The notes under the pieces were generated by a model. That model did no database searches, was not told where the DNA came from, and saw nothing but the letters and a program-made list of their open reading frames with translations. This document shows, one piece after another, positions 41,210 through 52,257 of a DNA stretch of 64,000 nt. Source of the DNA: a plasmid. The stretch is taken from sequence record NZ_CP137558.1; one strand, 5' to 3'. The translations under genes were made by a program, and so were the position numbers. The first letter of the stretch is position 1. Every line of letters starts with the position of its first letter.

Positions 41210-42940
41210 CTATTTTCCGTTATTTTCATACAGCACGGTAGTATTTGTTGCATCTTTCTTCCAGTTGTCAGGAAGATAACCTTTGCCTTCCAACGCAGTA
41301 TAGGCATCCGCATCCATTACTTTGAGTGTGCGGGAACTTACGGTTTTGTCGGTTCCGGCATTATTAAGCCAATTATAGCAGCAATCAGATTTTTTCGAAA
41401 TTTGGTCGCTTGGTGCCAACATAGTGACGGTTGACAATTTTGTACAACCATAGAACATTCTAGAATAGCAGCTTGCTGCTAACGTTGTAGCCTTTAATTC
41501 TGGGGCAGACGTGAGACTTGTACAACCATAGAACATTCTAGAATAGCAGCTTGCTGCTAACGTTGTAGCCTTTAATTTTGGGGCAGAAGTGAGGCTTGTA
41601 CAACCATAGAACATACTAGAATAGCAGGATTTTTCTAACGTTGTAGCCTTTAATTCTGGGGCAGACGTGAGACTTGTACAACCTTCGAACATATGATAAT
41701 AGCAGTAATTTGCTAATGTTTTAGCAGGCAATTCTGGGGCAGAGGTCAATGCTGCGCAGCTATAGAACAAAAAACAGAATCTGGCATTTTGGGTATCTAC
41801 TGTTTTATAGTATTCCCAGTCCAGCAGCGTGCGGATGTCGCCTGTGCAAGTTACTTTCACATTTTTATCAGTAAATGTGATGGTTGAATAATTACTCCAG
41901 TTAGATGCTGTTCCATAAATGTTCGTGCCACGTAAACGAAGGGTGCCATTTGTTCCACCGAAGGTAACTTCTTCATTTTCCACAACATTCTTCCATTCGC
42001 CATTATTTACAGAATACTGAAGTCCTGAGATGGTGTATTTTCCTTTGGTTATCATTTTAAACGTCTGCTTAGTATCTGCCGTAAAGGTGAAGTCTGGATT
42101 ATATTCCGCTTTACCACCAGTAATTTCACCTGTAGTCCAATCTTTCACGGTAATACCGGAAACGGATACCTTGTCCTTACCCACGGTGAGCTGATAGGTG
42201 TAGCTCTTGCCGGCTTCGAGTGCAGGGATGCCGGCGAGCGTTTCAGTTGTTGTTTTGCTTGCTCCTTCTGATACATCAAGAGAGAGGAAGGTTGCGGAGT
42301 TTTGGGCAGCGCATGGCTTGATGAGCGCATAGAACTTGTTATCGCTGTGCTTATACGCTTTCACACCACAGATGCTGAGGCTATTGACGTTATCAATATT
42401 GGCTCCGGCATACTGGTCCTTGAAGCCATCAATCATTACTACCACTCTCGCCATTTTTCGCTCCATGGTGAGTGTGAGGTTATTGCTATTGTTGGTATTG
42501 GTTTGCGGACCGCTAAACGACATGAAGTCTGCGGCAGCAAGCGATTCTACGCTGGTGTATTCCGTAGGCTGGGTAATGGTACCATTGAACGAAGAAGGGT
42601 AGTAGGCGGTGAAATTCATCGTCTCGCTTTCCCATTTCAGGAACTTGTCGCCTTGCGGCTGCCATTCATTGTTGTTTAACTGATAGGTTACGGCATCCTG
42701 GCCATCAGCCTGGACGCTGATCATATCACCATCTTTAAACTTCTTCTGCGCTTCGGCATCCCCCAGCGGAAAGCTGCGGGTGAAGCCATCGGCAGATGCT
42801 TTACCTACTTGCGCAGTGATGCGCACAGCGTTAGGGTCGCTATGGAATGCAGAGAGGAGGTCTTCTGATTCGGAGCATGCCGACAGCGCCAGAATCATGG
42901 TCATTGCTACAAGAGCAATCATGTAAAGTTTTGTTCTCAT
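41210..42940 (-). CDS. fimbrillin-like lipoprotein fused to BspA-type LRR domain (paralog of 48908..50877)
   Basis: Lipobox LALSACSE; ..GITVKDWTTGEITGGKAEY; 26-aa LRR repeats TSAPELKATTLAASCYSRMFYGCTSL. Confidence 0.6.
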   Translation of the reverse strand: MRTKLYMIALVAMTMILALSACSESEDLLSAFHSDPNAVRITAQVGKASADGFTRSFPLGDAEAQKKFKDGDMISVQADGQDAVTYQLNNNEWQPQGDKFLKWESETMNFTAYYPSSFNGTITQPTEYTSVESLAAADFMSFSGPQTNTNNSNNLTLTMERKMARVVVMIDGFKDQYAGANIDNVNSLSICGVKAYKHSDNKFYALIKPCAAQNSATFLSLDVSEGASKTTTETLAGIPALEAGKSYTYQLTVGKDKVSVSGITVKDWTTGEITGGKAEYNPDFTFTADTKQTFKMITKGKYTISGLQYSVNNGEWKNVVENEEVTFGGTNGTLRLRGTNIYGTASNWSNYSTITFTDKNVKVTCTGDIRTLLDWEYYKTVDTQNARFCFLFYSCAALTSAPELPAKTLANYCYYHMFEGCTSLTSAPELKATTLEKSCYSSMFYGCTSLTSAPKLKATTLAASCYSRMFYGCTSLTSAPELKATTLAASCYSRMFYGCTKLSTVTMLAPSDQISKKSDCCYNWLNNAGTDKTVSSRTLKVMDADAYTALEGKGYLPDNWKKDATNTTVLYENNGK

Positions 42941-42982
42941 ATTCTTTAATTATTTAAATTTTAGACTTTTTATTTCATAGGT

Positions 42983-43170
42983 ACAAATATAGCATTTTTT
43001 CCCGAAAAACGGTGTCGTGATTTTCGAAAAAGGTGTCTACTTCCTATGTTCAAGGTGTCGCATTGGTACCAATGCGACACCACAATTAACATAAAGATAC
43101 ATATAAATACGTATTTTAGCGCATATATTCAAGGAGTCTCATCACAGGGTGTATTTTATGGTATGTAAAG
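42983..43170 (-). promoter_or_regulatory. conserved pilus-locus promoter block, palindrome at 43055..43080
   Basis: See 27712..27848. Confidence 0.7.
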
Positions 43171-43271
43171 AAAGTGTGATTGTCTGTTAGTGGTAAGTAT
43201 CAGAAGTACCATGTCTTTTTCTGTAACTTTTCCCCGAAATCTCTTGCGGGTTTGAAAATAAAACCGTAACT

Positions 43272-44462
43272 TTGCGGAAAAGTTCATTTAAAGACAGATT
43301 AGGAATTATGGTAGAGACAAACGATAGAATATTGCCAGTAGGCATCCAGTCTTTTGAGGAAATCAGAAAGGAAGGATACCTGTATGTTGACAAGACAGAT
43401 ATTATCTGGCAACTTGCCAACAGGGGGAAAAAGTATAATTACCTGAGCCGCCCACGCCGCTTCGGTAAATCCATCCTTGTCGATACGCTCGAAGCCTACT
43501 TTCTGGGCAAGAAGGAACTCTTCGAGGGCTTGAAGATCATGCAGCTGGAGACGGAATGGGTGAAGCGACCTGTCATCAGACTCGATATGAGTCAGGCAGG
43601 AGCAGAGCCGGAAAGTCTGAAAGATTATCTGAACTATACCTTTCAGGAATATGAATCTTTATATGAGATTAAAGTCAGTAATGACTCTTCCTTAGCTACT
43701 CGTCTGTCTGAAATAGTAAGGATTGCTTATGAGCAAACCGGAGAGCAGGTTGTCATTCTCATTGATGAATACGACTCTCCATTGCAACGTTCCTGGAAGA
43801 CTCCGTTATACGAAAAATGTACGGCAATATACAGAGACGTATTTGTCATTCTCAAATCTATGGACAAATTCGAAAACTTTATCTTTATAACAGCCTGCAC
43901 CAAATTTTCGCAATTCTCCCTAACCTCAGGTCTCAACAATTTGAGTTTCATTGGTTTTGATTCAGAATATGCTGCCTTATGTGGCATCACAAAAGAAGAA
44001 GCTATCCGTTATTTCAAACCAGAAATCAACAAATTGGCAGCATGTAAAGGATGGACATCCGATGAAGCTACAATACAACTGTCTTCTTATTATGGTGGCT
44101 ATCACTTCAGTCGCCGTAATATGGTGGATGTATTCAATCCGTTCTGCCTCATCAATGCCTTGGCAGATTCAGATTTGAAGAACTACTGGCTTTCATCCGG
44201 GACATCGCCACTACTCTCTAAGTTTGAAGATGATATTAAAAAGAGATTGAAAGATTTTGAGTATTGTCCGATAATTAGCGATACTCTGGAGAGTTCTGAT
44301 GTGACTGATGGCGGAGCAGAACTGTTCCTCTATCAGTCGGGGTATCTTACGATAAAGGGATATATGGATAGAATCTATTTGCTAGGGTTCCCTAATTCAG
44401 AGGTAAAAAAATCACTTTATGAAACGATATTGCCAGCACTTACTTCAGAAGCTGAGCAATAA
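43272..44462 (+). CDS. AAA-ATPase-like (PF09820-type) protein, PD-(D/E)XK C-terminal part lost; C-terminal remnant in another frame at 44419..44604
   Basis: N-terminal ILPVGIQSFEEIRKEGYLYVDKTD..RPRRFGKS; fragment ..ARQYAEPFKADRRKVIALAIELDDKGKGLVGWK matches family C-terminus; ~100 aa missing. Confidence 0.55.
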   Translation: MRKSSFKDRLGIMVETNDRILPVGIQSFEEIRKEGYLYVDKTDIIWQLANRGKKYNYLSRPRRFGKSILVDTLEAYFLGKKELFEGLKIMQLETEWVKRPVIRLDMSQAGAEPESLKDYLNYTFQEYESLYEIKVSNDSSLATRLSEIVRIAYEQTGEQVVILIDEYDSPLQRSWKTPLYEKCTAIYRDVFVILKSMDKFENFIFITACTKFSQFSLTSGLNNLSFIGFDSEYAALCGITKEEAIRYFKPEINKLAACKGWTSDEATIQLSSYYGGYHFSRRNMVDVFNPFCLINALADSDLKNYWLSSGTSPLLSKFEDDIKKRLKDFEYCPIISDTLESSDVTDGGAELFLYQSGYLTIKGYMDRIYLLGFPNSEVKKSLYETILPALTSEAEQ

Positions 44463-44610
44463 CGGTGGCGTGGATGCTGCCGAGGAGCAGATGAAAGCCA
44501 GGCAGTATGCCGAGCCTTTCAAGGCGGATAGGCGGAAAGTTATCGCCCTTGCCATAGAGCTGGATGATAAGGGAAAGGGATTGGTTGGCTGGAAGGAAGT
44601 ATAAGATAAC

Positions 44611-44660
44611 AAAAAAGGTCTATATGCCACCCGTTCATCGTGGCATATAGACCCTTTTTT
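44611..44660. terminator. bidirectional terminator hairpin ggtctatatgccac..gtggcatatagacc flanked by A-run/T-run
   Basis: Read directly; near-identical stem at 46817..46868. Confidence 0.7.
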
Positions 44661-44684
44661 CTATTGTTTCGCCGGATTGTATCA

Positions 44685-44993
44685 TTAGGCTAAGTGCTCC
44701 AAAATTGGTATTTGTAGACAACGCTCAATCTTAGCCAGTGTTTCGAGCGACAGATTCTCTTGTCCTTTGAGAATCTTGGACACATATTGCTGACTGCACC
44801 CCATGAGTTCAGACAAATGCTTCTGTGTCATTCCTAATTCATCCATCTTATCGAGCATGATCATAGCAATATGCTGAGAATAGCGAAGCCATGACTTATT
44901 AGCCATGCGCCATTCTGCATTCTTACGCCATTTTGATGGTGAAGAAGACTGATGCTCCTTTAGTTTGGAAACTATTTCATTAGCAGTTCTCAT
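44685..44993 (-). CDS. XRE-family HTH transcriptional regulator
   Basis: QKHLSELMGCSQQYVSKILKGQENLSLETLAKIERCL. Confidence 0.7.
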   Translation of the reverse strand: MRTANEIVSKLKEHQSSSPSKWRKNAEWRMANKSWLRYSQHIAMIMLDKMDELGMTQKHLSELMGCSQQYVSKILKGQENLSLETLAKIERCLQIPILEHLA

Positions 44994-45200
44994 AATAACC
45001 TCCTTTCTATTAACAGCATGAGGAGCTACTGCGGATGTCGGCAGTACCTACCACTACTTCCAGAATATTATGGATTGTATTATTTTGTGCCATATTTTTC
45101 AATTAAACGTTTATTTTTCTGCAAAGATGGCCATATTTTTCGATTAAGAAGCATCTTTGTGCCATATTTTTCGATTAAGGCGCTATTTTTGTGGTGTTTT

Positions 45201-45305
45201 GGGGATTACATCACCAATCATCTGCGGAATCTGCGGCATCTGCGTGACTTTAAATCCAAGCCAAGAATCTGTGTGAATCTGTGAAATCTGTGGGACAAAG
45301 AATAA
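45201..45305. repeat. ATCTGCG/ATCTGTG short tandem repeat block (family copy 2)
   Basis: catctgcggaatctgcggcatctgcgtgac..gaatctgtgtgaatctgtgaaatctgtgggacaaagaata; near copy at 51448..51573. Confidence 0.75.
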
Positions 45306-45446
45306 CTCCCACGGATGGTGACAGCATATCCGATGGGTCGGAAATCAAATAAAATAGCTTGATTACACAAAATCAAGGTAATATCTTTGATTTTTCAAAA
45401 GAAAAATATTATCTTTGCATCAGAATTAATCAAATTATCCAAGTTT

Positions 45447-46085
45447 ATGATAAAAGGCGTGATTACAGGAGATCTAGTAAACTCCACTAATATTGCTGCA
45501 GAATGGAGACAAACAGTATTGGATGCATTGAATATATGCGTTGCAGATTTTCTGCCTCTAACTCTCTGCAATCTGGAAATGTATCGAGGTGATAGTTTCC
45601 AAATAGTTGTTGATAAACCAGACTATGCCTTGGCTGTAGCCATTGCGCTAAGAGCAAAACTTAAAGCAATGACTCCAGGCAAACAGCAGCTTTGGGATGC
45701 AAGATTGTCCATTGGTATTGGTGACATTTCTTTTGAAAGCGACAATATTGTAACTAGTGATGGAGTTGCTTTCAGATTATCTGGCCGTTCGTTTGACAAC
45801 ATCGGGAAAAAAAGGCTGAGCATATCGACCACATGGCCTGATTTTAATAAAGACATGGATTTGGTCACTCGTTTTGCTGATGACATAATTACGTCATGGA
45901 CTGCTAAACAGGCAAAAGTAGTCTATCAGGCAATACTTTTTCCTAAACTTCAGAAAGACCTGGCTGAGGATTTGGGCATGACAAGACAAAACTTTAATTA
46001 TCACTGGAGTTCAGCTAAGGGTCAGCTAATCCTTGACTATGTGGAATATTTCAAATCGTTAATTTTAAAATACAATAAGCAGTAA
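45447..46085 (+). CDS. SatD-family protein
   Basis: MIKGVITGDLVNST start and ~210 aa length typical of SatD; paired with DUF3307 downstream. Confidence 0.5.
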   Translation: MIKGVITGDLVNSTNIAAEWRQTVLDALNICVADFLPLTLCNLEMYRGDSFQIVVDKPDYALAVAIALRAKLKAMTPGKQQLWDARLSIGIGDISFESDNIVTSDGVAFRLSGRSFDNIGKKRLSISTTWPDFNKDMDLVTRFADDIITSWTAKQAKVVYQAILFPKLQKDLAEDLGMTRQNFNYHWSSAKGQLILDYVEYFKSLILKYNKQ

Positions 46086-46086
46086 C

Positions 46087-46800
46087 ATGGAATCAATCAT
46101 CATATTTATAAAGTTACTCTGCGCCCATCTATGTTCTGATTTTATATTTCAGACTGATAGCATCAATAATGGGAAGCGCAAACCTGGTATCAAGGGGATT
46201 GGTTATCTGTTGCTTCATAGTGCCATACATGCATGTGTGGCATATATCTTGGTGGCAGATTGGTCATGCTGGCTTGTACCTTTGATTATCTTTGCCAGCC
46301 ATTTTATAATAGACTTGATTAAATGTAGGTGCTGCAAGGATTCTCTTTCAACATTTCTTGCAGATCAGCTTTTACACATTATAATAATTGGAGTATTATG
46401 GTTCGTTTTATACGGAGATGGCACTGTTCTTTCATATATTGAGAACCATTGTTCTGCAAATGTTTGGTTGACCGTCGTGGCATATATATTAATGTTAAGA
46501 CCATCTTCTATCTTATTGGGGTTGTTTCTCAGCAAATGGACGCCTGCATCTTCTAACACACAGAGTTTGCCTAATGCCGGACAATGGATAGGTTATATTG
46601 AAAGGATCATGATTTTGACATTCGTCCTTGTTGGCAGTTTTGAAGGGGTCGGCTTCTTGCTGGCAGCAAAGTCTGTCTTCCGTTTTGGTGAATTAAACAA
46701 AGCCAAGGAAATTCGTACAACAGAATATGTTTTGATTGGCACTTTTTCTAGCTTCACTATAGCAATTCTTACAGGAATAGTAATAAGAAGTTTATTCTAA
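46087..46800 (+). CDS. DUF3307-family membrane protein (SatD partner)
   Basis: Multi-TM, His-rich loops; 1-bp intergenic gap. Confidence 0.5.
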   Translation: MESIIIFIKLLCAHLCSDFIFQTDSINNGKRKPGIKGIGYLLLHSAIHACVAYILVADWSCWLVPLIIFASHFIIDLIKCRCCKDSLSTFLADQLLHIIIIGVLWFVLYGDGTVLSYIENHCSANVWLTVVAYILMLRPSSILLGLFLSKWTPASSNTQSLPNAGQWIGYIERIMILTFVLVGSFEGVGFLLAAKSVFRFGELNKAKEIRTTEYVLIGTFSSFTIAILTGIVIRSLF

Positions 46801-46816
46801 GCATCCCTGATACTAC

Positions 46817-46868
46817 AAAAACGGGTCTATACGCCACGATGAAGAGTGGCATATAGACCCTTTTTGGG
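46817..46868. terminator. terminator hairpin gggtctatacgccac..gtggcatatagaccc plus T-run
   Basis: Read directly. Confidence 0.65.
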
Positions 46869-48900
46869 GGAGGCCGTCCGAAAACTTAATTAGGGAAGCA
46901 AACAACTGAATTGGGCATTTTTCTTTTGCTCTTTATAGTTAATTAACCTCGTATCTTCTTGATTCTCAATTATTTTATGTATCTTTGTAGTAAAAAACAA
47001 GAAAGATATGGCATATAAAAAAGGACAAGATAGACGACAGAGGGTTCTTTTCCCTGATTGCATTGACGAGTATGTAGAGGCTGACGCCCCTGTTCGCTTG
47101 TTTGATGCTTTTGTCGATAATCTCAAAATGGATGAACTGGGATTCGTCCGCAGTACTCCTGCAGAGACAGGTACTCCTGGATATGATCCTCGCGATCTCC
47201 TCAAACTCTATATTTATGGTTACTTCTATCAGGTACGTTCCTCTCGCAAACTTGCTCGTGAGTGCAAGTGTAACGTAGAGGTAATGTGGCTGCTCAACAA
47301 GCTGACTCCTGACTTTCGTACAATCTCCGATTTCCGCAAGGACAACAAGAAGGCTATTACTAAAGTTTTTAAAGAGTTCAACAAGTTTTGTATGGGACTG
47401 AAGCTCTTTTCCAAGTCGTACATCTCTATTGATGGAAGCAAGTTTAAGGCTGTAAATGCTAAAGACAACAACCTTACTCTAAGCAAACTCGATGACCGAA
47501 TCAAGCGTCTTGATGAACATATTTCAATCTATATGGAAGAACTTGAAGCATACGATCATGAGGAAGGACGCAGGCTCTCTAAAGATGAGTTGCAACGTAA
47601 GCTTGATGTTTGCAAGGAGCGCAAGGAACGCTATGAGGGATACCGTGATACACTTGAGAAAAGTGGTGAAAGCCAGATTTCCTTAACCGATCCTGATTCC
47701 CGACTAATGAAAGCCAACGAAGGCTTTTGTGTCGGTTATAATGTGCAAACTGCAGTTGATGCGGAGAGCCATATGATAGCAGGCTTCCTGGTAACCAACA
47801 GTCCAACAGACCATGGTCAGCTTACAAGCGTAGCATCTGAGGTGAAAGCCGATTATGGTGTTGACGTTCTTGAATCAACTGCAGACAAGGGGTACGAGTG
47901 TCCCGAGGTTCATGCAGATGCATTGGCTAATGGTATCGTACCAAATGTCATCCAACGTGATGGCAGCTGCACGGAGCAGGTTCAGTTTGACTATAACGAA
48001 GCTACCATAACTGACGAACAAAAGTCAAGTACTAATCCAGAAGATTTGAAGGCATGTCTTGAAGCTGCAGTCATACCGGAAGCCTACAAGGATTTTTTAA
48101 CCGATGCACAGATTGTAGAGGTCAAGGAGTACACTTCTGATGTAGCAGAGTCTGCTGTACTGAAGATGACTCCCGGGCAGATGCGTGCCAAGGCTCTTGA
48201 AGGATACTTCGTGAGGGATGCCGAACGCAATCTTGTCTATTGTCCGCAAGGAGAAATCCTGAGGCAAAAGTCTATCAAAAGAAACGGTATGATCCGCTAC
48301 TGCAACAAGCTTGCATGTAAAAAATGCAAGTGCAAGTGTACCATCCAGAAGTTCAAGGAGGCAGACTTCAACAAAGACACCTTGATAAAGGCAACCGAAG
48401 CAAAACGCAAGCAACTCAAAGAAGAGAATAAGGACAAGCCAAAACCTCCAAGAATGAAGATCGTGAAGAAGGGTGTCCGTTACGTTTTACATCTAGATCA
48501 GAACAAGATGGACAATCGCAAATGCCTCTCCGAGCATCCTTTTGGAACCATGAAGCGAGCACTTGGGCAATACTACTTTTTACTGAAAGGCAAACTGAAA
48601 GTAACTGCTGAGATGGGTCTCTTTTGCCTATCTTATAACCTTCGTCGTGCCATATCTCTCAAAGGTGTACCTGCTTTGATTGCTTCTCTTGGATAATGAC
48701 CTGTAGGGATCAATACCATCGAAAAACACGCTCTATTAGTGTTCATATCGGCCATTTTAAGCCCTTATGACGAATTGTTTAACATAAACTAAAATTTTAA
48801 GATGAAAAAAGATATGCCCTTAGAGGGGCTTAGGTGGAGTCGTGATAGCGGTTCTGCCCTCTATGATACACCCCAAAACGGCCGTTCTCGGACGGGCTGG
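46862..48900 (+). mobile_element. IS1182-family insertion sequence (~2.0 kb) with imperfect terminal inverted repeats
   Basis: Left ggggaggccgtccgaaaac vs right gttctcggacgggctgggggg. Confidence 0.55.
47008..48696 (+). CDS. IS1182-family transposase
   Basis: N-term RVLFPDCIDEYVEADAPVRLFDAFVDNL..GYDPRDLLKLYIYGYFYQVRSSRKLARECK; C-term EHPFGTMKRALGQYYFLLKG..YNLRRAISL. Confidence 0.8.
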   Translation: MAYKKGQDRRQRVLFPDCIDEYVEADAPVRLFDAFVDNLKMDELGFVRSTPAETGTPGYDPRDLLKLYIYGYFYQVRSSRKLARECKCNVEVMWLLNKLTPDFRTISDFRKDNKKAITKVFKEFNKFCMGLKLFSKSYISIDGSKFKAVNAKDNNLTLSKLDDRIKRLDEHISIYMEELEAYDHEEGRRLSKDELQRKLDVCKERKERYEGYRDTLEKSGESQISLTDPDSRLMKANEGFCVGYNVQTAVDAESHMIAGFLVTNSPTDHGQLTSVASEVKADYGVDVLESTADKGYECPEVHADALANGIVPNVIQRDGSCTEQVQFDYNEATITDEQKSSTNPEDLKACLEAAVIPEAYKDFLTDAQIVEVKEYTSDVAESAVLKMTPGQMRAKALEGYFVRDAERNLVYCPQGEILRQKSIKRNGMIRYCNKLACKKCKCKCTIQKFKEADFNKDTLIKATEAKRKQLKEENKDKPKPPRMKIVKKGVRYVLHLDQNKMDNRKCLSEHPFGTMKRALGQYYFLLKGKLKVTAEMGLFCLSYNLRRAISLKGVPALIASLG

Positions 48901-48907
48901 GGGGATG

Positions 48908-50877
48908 TTATTGTTTTGGGGTATAATACTTCACAGTGGTATTTGTTGCATCTTTCTTCCAGTTGGCAGGAAGATAATCACTATTTGTTTCTAACGCATT
49001 ATAGGCAGCCTCATCTTTTACTATGAGTGTGCGTGTAATTCCATCCTTTGTTCCAGCACCGTCCAACCAATAATTAAAGGAAGAAGATGTATTTTTAATT
49101 TTGTCGCTTGGTGCCAACATTGTGACAGATGACAAATTCTCACAACCATTGAACATATTACAGTAGCAGGCTGTCGCTAATTCTGTAGCAGTTAATTCTG
49201 GTGCAGAGGTGAGACTTGTACAACCATAGAACATTTCATAATAGCAGTAACCAGCTAATTTTTTAGCAGGCAATTCTGGTGCAGAGGTGAGACTTGTACA
49301 ACCATAGAACATTTCATAATAGCAGTAACCAGCTAATTTTTTAGCAGGCAATTCTGGTGCAGAGGTGAGACTTGTACAACCTCCGAACATACCAGAATAG
49401 CAGTCATCTGCTAATGTTGTAGCAGGCAATTTAGGTGCAGAGGTGAGCTTTGTACAAAGTCTGAACATGCTATCATAGCAGTAATTTGCTAATGTTGTAG
49501 CAGGCAATTCAGGTGCAGAAGCGAGATTTGTACAACTCCAGAACATTTCTCGATAGCAGCTATTTTCTAATGTTTCAGCAGGCAAATCTGGGGCAGCCGT
49601 GAGACTTGTACAACCTGCGAACATACTATAATAGCAGAAGTCTGCTAACGTTGTAGCAGGCAATTCTGGGGCAGAGGTTAATACAGCGCAATCTTTGAAC
49701 AAATAACAGAATCTGGCATTGTTGGTCTCTACTATATTATAGTTTCTCCAGTCCAGCAGCGTGCGGATGTCGCCTGTGCAAGCTACATTCACATTATTAT
49801 CAGTAAATGTGATGGTTGAATATGTAGACCATTCAGACGCAGTTCCATTAATGTTCGTGCCACGCAAGCGAAGGTCGCCATTTGCTCCACCGAAGGTGAC
49901 TTCTTCATTTGCCACAACATTTTCCCATTTGCCATTATTCACAGAATACTGAAGCCCAGAGATGGTGTAATCATCTGTGATTGTCATCATAAACTTTTGC
50001 TCCCCATTTGCCTTAAAGGTGATGTATGGGGTAGGGCATTCTTCTGTTTTACCTCCAGTAATATCCCCCGTAGTCCAATCTGCCACGTAGATACCGGAAA
50101 CAGATACCTTGTCCTTACCCACGGTGAGCTGATAGGTATAGCTATTGCCGGCTGTGAGAGCAGGGATGCCGGCGAGCGTTTCTGTTGTTGTTTTGCTTTC
50201 TCCTTCTGCTACATCAAGAGAGAGGAAGGTTGCGGAGTTTTGGGCTTCGCATGGCTTGATAAGGGCATAGAACTTCTTATCGCTGTGCTTAAACGCTTTC
50301 ACACCACAGATGCTGAGGCTATTGACGTTATCAATATTGGCTCCGGCATACTGGTCCTTGAAGCCATCAATCATTACTACCACTCTCGCCATTTTTCGCT
50401 CCATGGTGAGTGTGAGGTTATTGCTATTGTTGGTGTTGGTTTGCGGACCGCTAAACGACATGAAGTCGGCGGCAGCAAGCGATTCTACGCTGGTGTATTC
50501 CGTAGGCTGGGTGATGGTACCATTGAACAAAGAAGGATAGTAGGCGGTGAAATTCATCGTCTCGCTTTCCCATTTCAGGAACTTGCTGCCCTGTGGCTGC
50601 CATTCATTGTTGTTTAACTGATAGGTTACGGCATCCTGGCCATCAGCCTGGACGCTGATCATATCACCATCTTAAATTTCTTCTGCGCTTCGGCATCCCC
50701 CAGCGGAAAGCTGCGGGTGAAGCCATTGGCAGATGCTTTACCTACTTGCGCAGTGATGCGCACAGCGTTAGGGTCGCTGTGGAACGCTGAGAGGAGGTCT
50801 TCTGACTCGGAGCAGGAAGACAGCGCCAGAATCATGGTCATTGCTGCGAGAGCAATCATGTAAAGTTTTGTTCTCAT
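48908..50877 (-). pseudogene. fimbrillin-LRR adhesin paralog disrupted by 1-bp deletion (~50673-50678)
   Basis: Copy at 42710 aagaagtttaaagatggt (KKFKDGDMISVQ) vs here aagaaatttaagatggtg (KKFKMVI*); ORFs 50659..50877 and 48908..50662. Confidence 0.7.
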
Positions 50878-50917
50878 ATTCTTTAATTATTTAAATTTTA
50901 GGCTTTTTATTTCCATG

Positions 50918-51110
50918 GTACAAATATAGCATTTTTTTCCGAAAAACGGTGTCGTGATTTTCGAAAAAGGTGTCTACTTCCTATGTTCAAGGTGTCGCAT
51001 TGGTACCAATGCGACACCCCAATTAACATAAAGATACATATAAATACGTATTTTAGCGCATATATTCAAGGAGCCTCATCCCAGGGCGTATTTTATGGTA
51101 TGTAAAGATA
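50918..51110 (-). promoter_or_regulatory. conserved pilus-locus promoter block, palindrome at 50992..51017
   Basis: See 27712..27848. Confidence 0.7.
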
Positions 51111-51127
51111 ATGCTACAAAAAAATAA

Positions 51128-51314
51128 GCTTCGCAAATGACTTCCGGTCCCCGAAGGGGGCGAACCACATCCAGTCTTGCTCCTGTTCGCCCCCTTTGGG
51201 GACGATAGAGAGAGTATGTCTGCTATCCGCAGGTTCCATTCCCTTCGGTCATTCCACCCGCGGTTATTCACATTCGCCCCCTTCGGGGACGGTAGAATGC
51301 TACTTGCGAAACTT
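51128..51314. mobile_element. MITE-like palindromic repeat, short copy (~187 bp)
   Basis: Terminal inverted repeats ttcgcaaatgac / ctacttgcgaaacttc; internal gtccccgaagggggcgaac hairpin modules. Confidence 0.65.
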
Positions 51315-51447
51315 CTGTAATATAATTCAAGTATATTCCATAATGCTATGCTTTATTATTATCGTTCACAAAGATAATCTTTCTGAACGATAATTCTAAA
51401 TATTTGAGCTACAATTAGTTGCTTGCTATTGTTATTTAACTATTAAT

Positions 51448-51573
51448 CGGGGATTTCATCACCAATCATCTGCGTCATCTGCGGAATCTGCGTGACTTAA
51501 AATCCAAACCAAGAATCTGTGTGAATCTGTGAATTCTGTGGGACAAAGAATAATCTGTGGGACAAAGAATAGG
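51448..51573. repeat. ATCTGCG/ATCTGTG short tandem repeat block (family copy 3)
   Basis: Near-identical to 45201..45305. Confidence 0.75.
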
Positions 51574-51693
51574 GGATTGTCAAGTATAGTCTTAAAAAAA
51601 GGAGCATTTCAAAACTTGCCATCCAGATGGCGATGAGGCTGGAAATCTGCCCCTTCCTGAGGGCTTGGGCAGCGATTTCGAGGTTGAATGGGC

Positions 51694-51802
51694 TACGAGT
51701 GTACGGTCGTAAACCTGCGACCGTACAGTTATATAGTGTATGCTCGTACACTCGTAGCGCTACGACCGTACACTTGTAGGGTATTCAACCGTACACTCGT
51801 AG
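51694..51802. promoter_or_regulatory. four copies of CCGTACACTCGTAG-like 13-14-bp motif (three direct, one inverted) ~450 bp upstream of sugar transferase gene
   Basis: ctacgagtgtacgg; ctcgtacactcgtag; cgaccgtacacttgtagg; ccgtacactcgtag. Confidence 0.5.
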
Positions 51803-52257
51803 AAAAATGAATGGTTTTCGAATTCTTTACATTCTCCTAACCCATTGATTTGCAGCGAGAAACGAAAATCCTTCATATTTTCGGTATTTCAGATAAAATA
51901 TTTCCCGGCGGAAAATACGGGAATTATGGTACATTTTACTTGAAAATCTGTATACTTTTATTTGCGTTTTCTGTCACCAGACTGCCCCGCAGAAAGGAAG
52001 TTATCAATCAGCACGGCTCTCACAAACAAACGCCTGCATATCGCATAGAAGGCAGGATTCCACCACAGAATACATGTTTTTTTGTTACATTATCGGTTCA
52101 ATTTGGTTCATTTTAGTCCAAACTGCATTTTTTTCTCCTTTATATTTTGCTCATTCAACATTTTTATTTATCTTTGCAGGGATTTAGTAGAAATGTTATC
52201 TTTCAACGAAGATTCCGTTAAAAACTATTATTGTAAGGACTATTATAAATTGTTTAT

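Noticed and set aside
51053..51393. ORFs inside the MITE-like repeats (also 53737..54060)
   Set aside because: Reading frames created by the GC-rich palindromic modules; duplicated with the repeat
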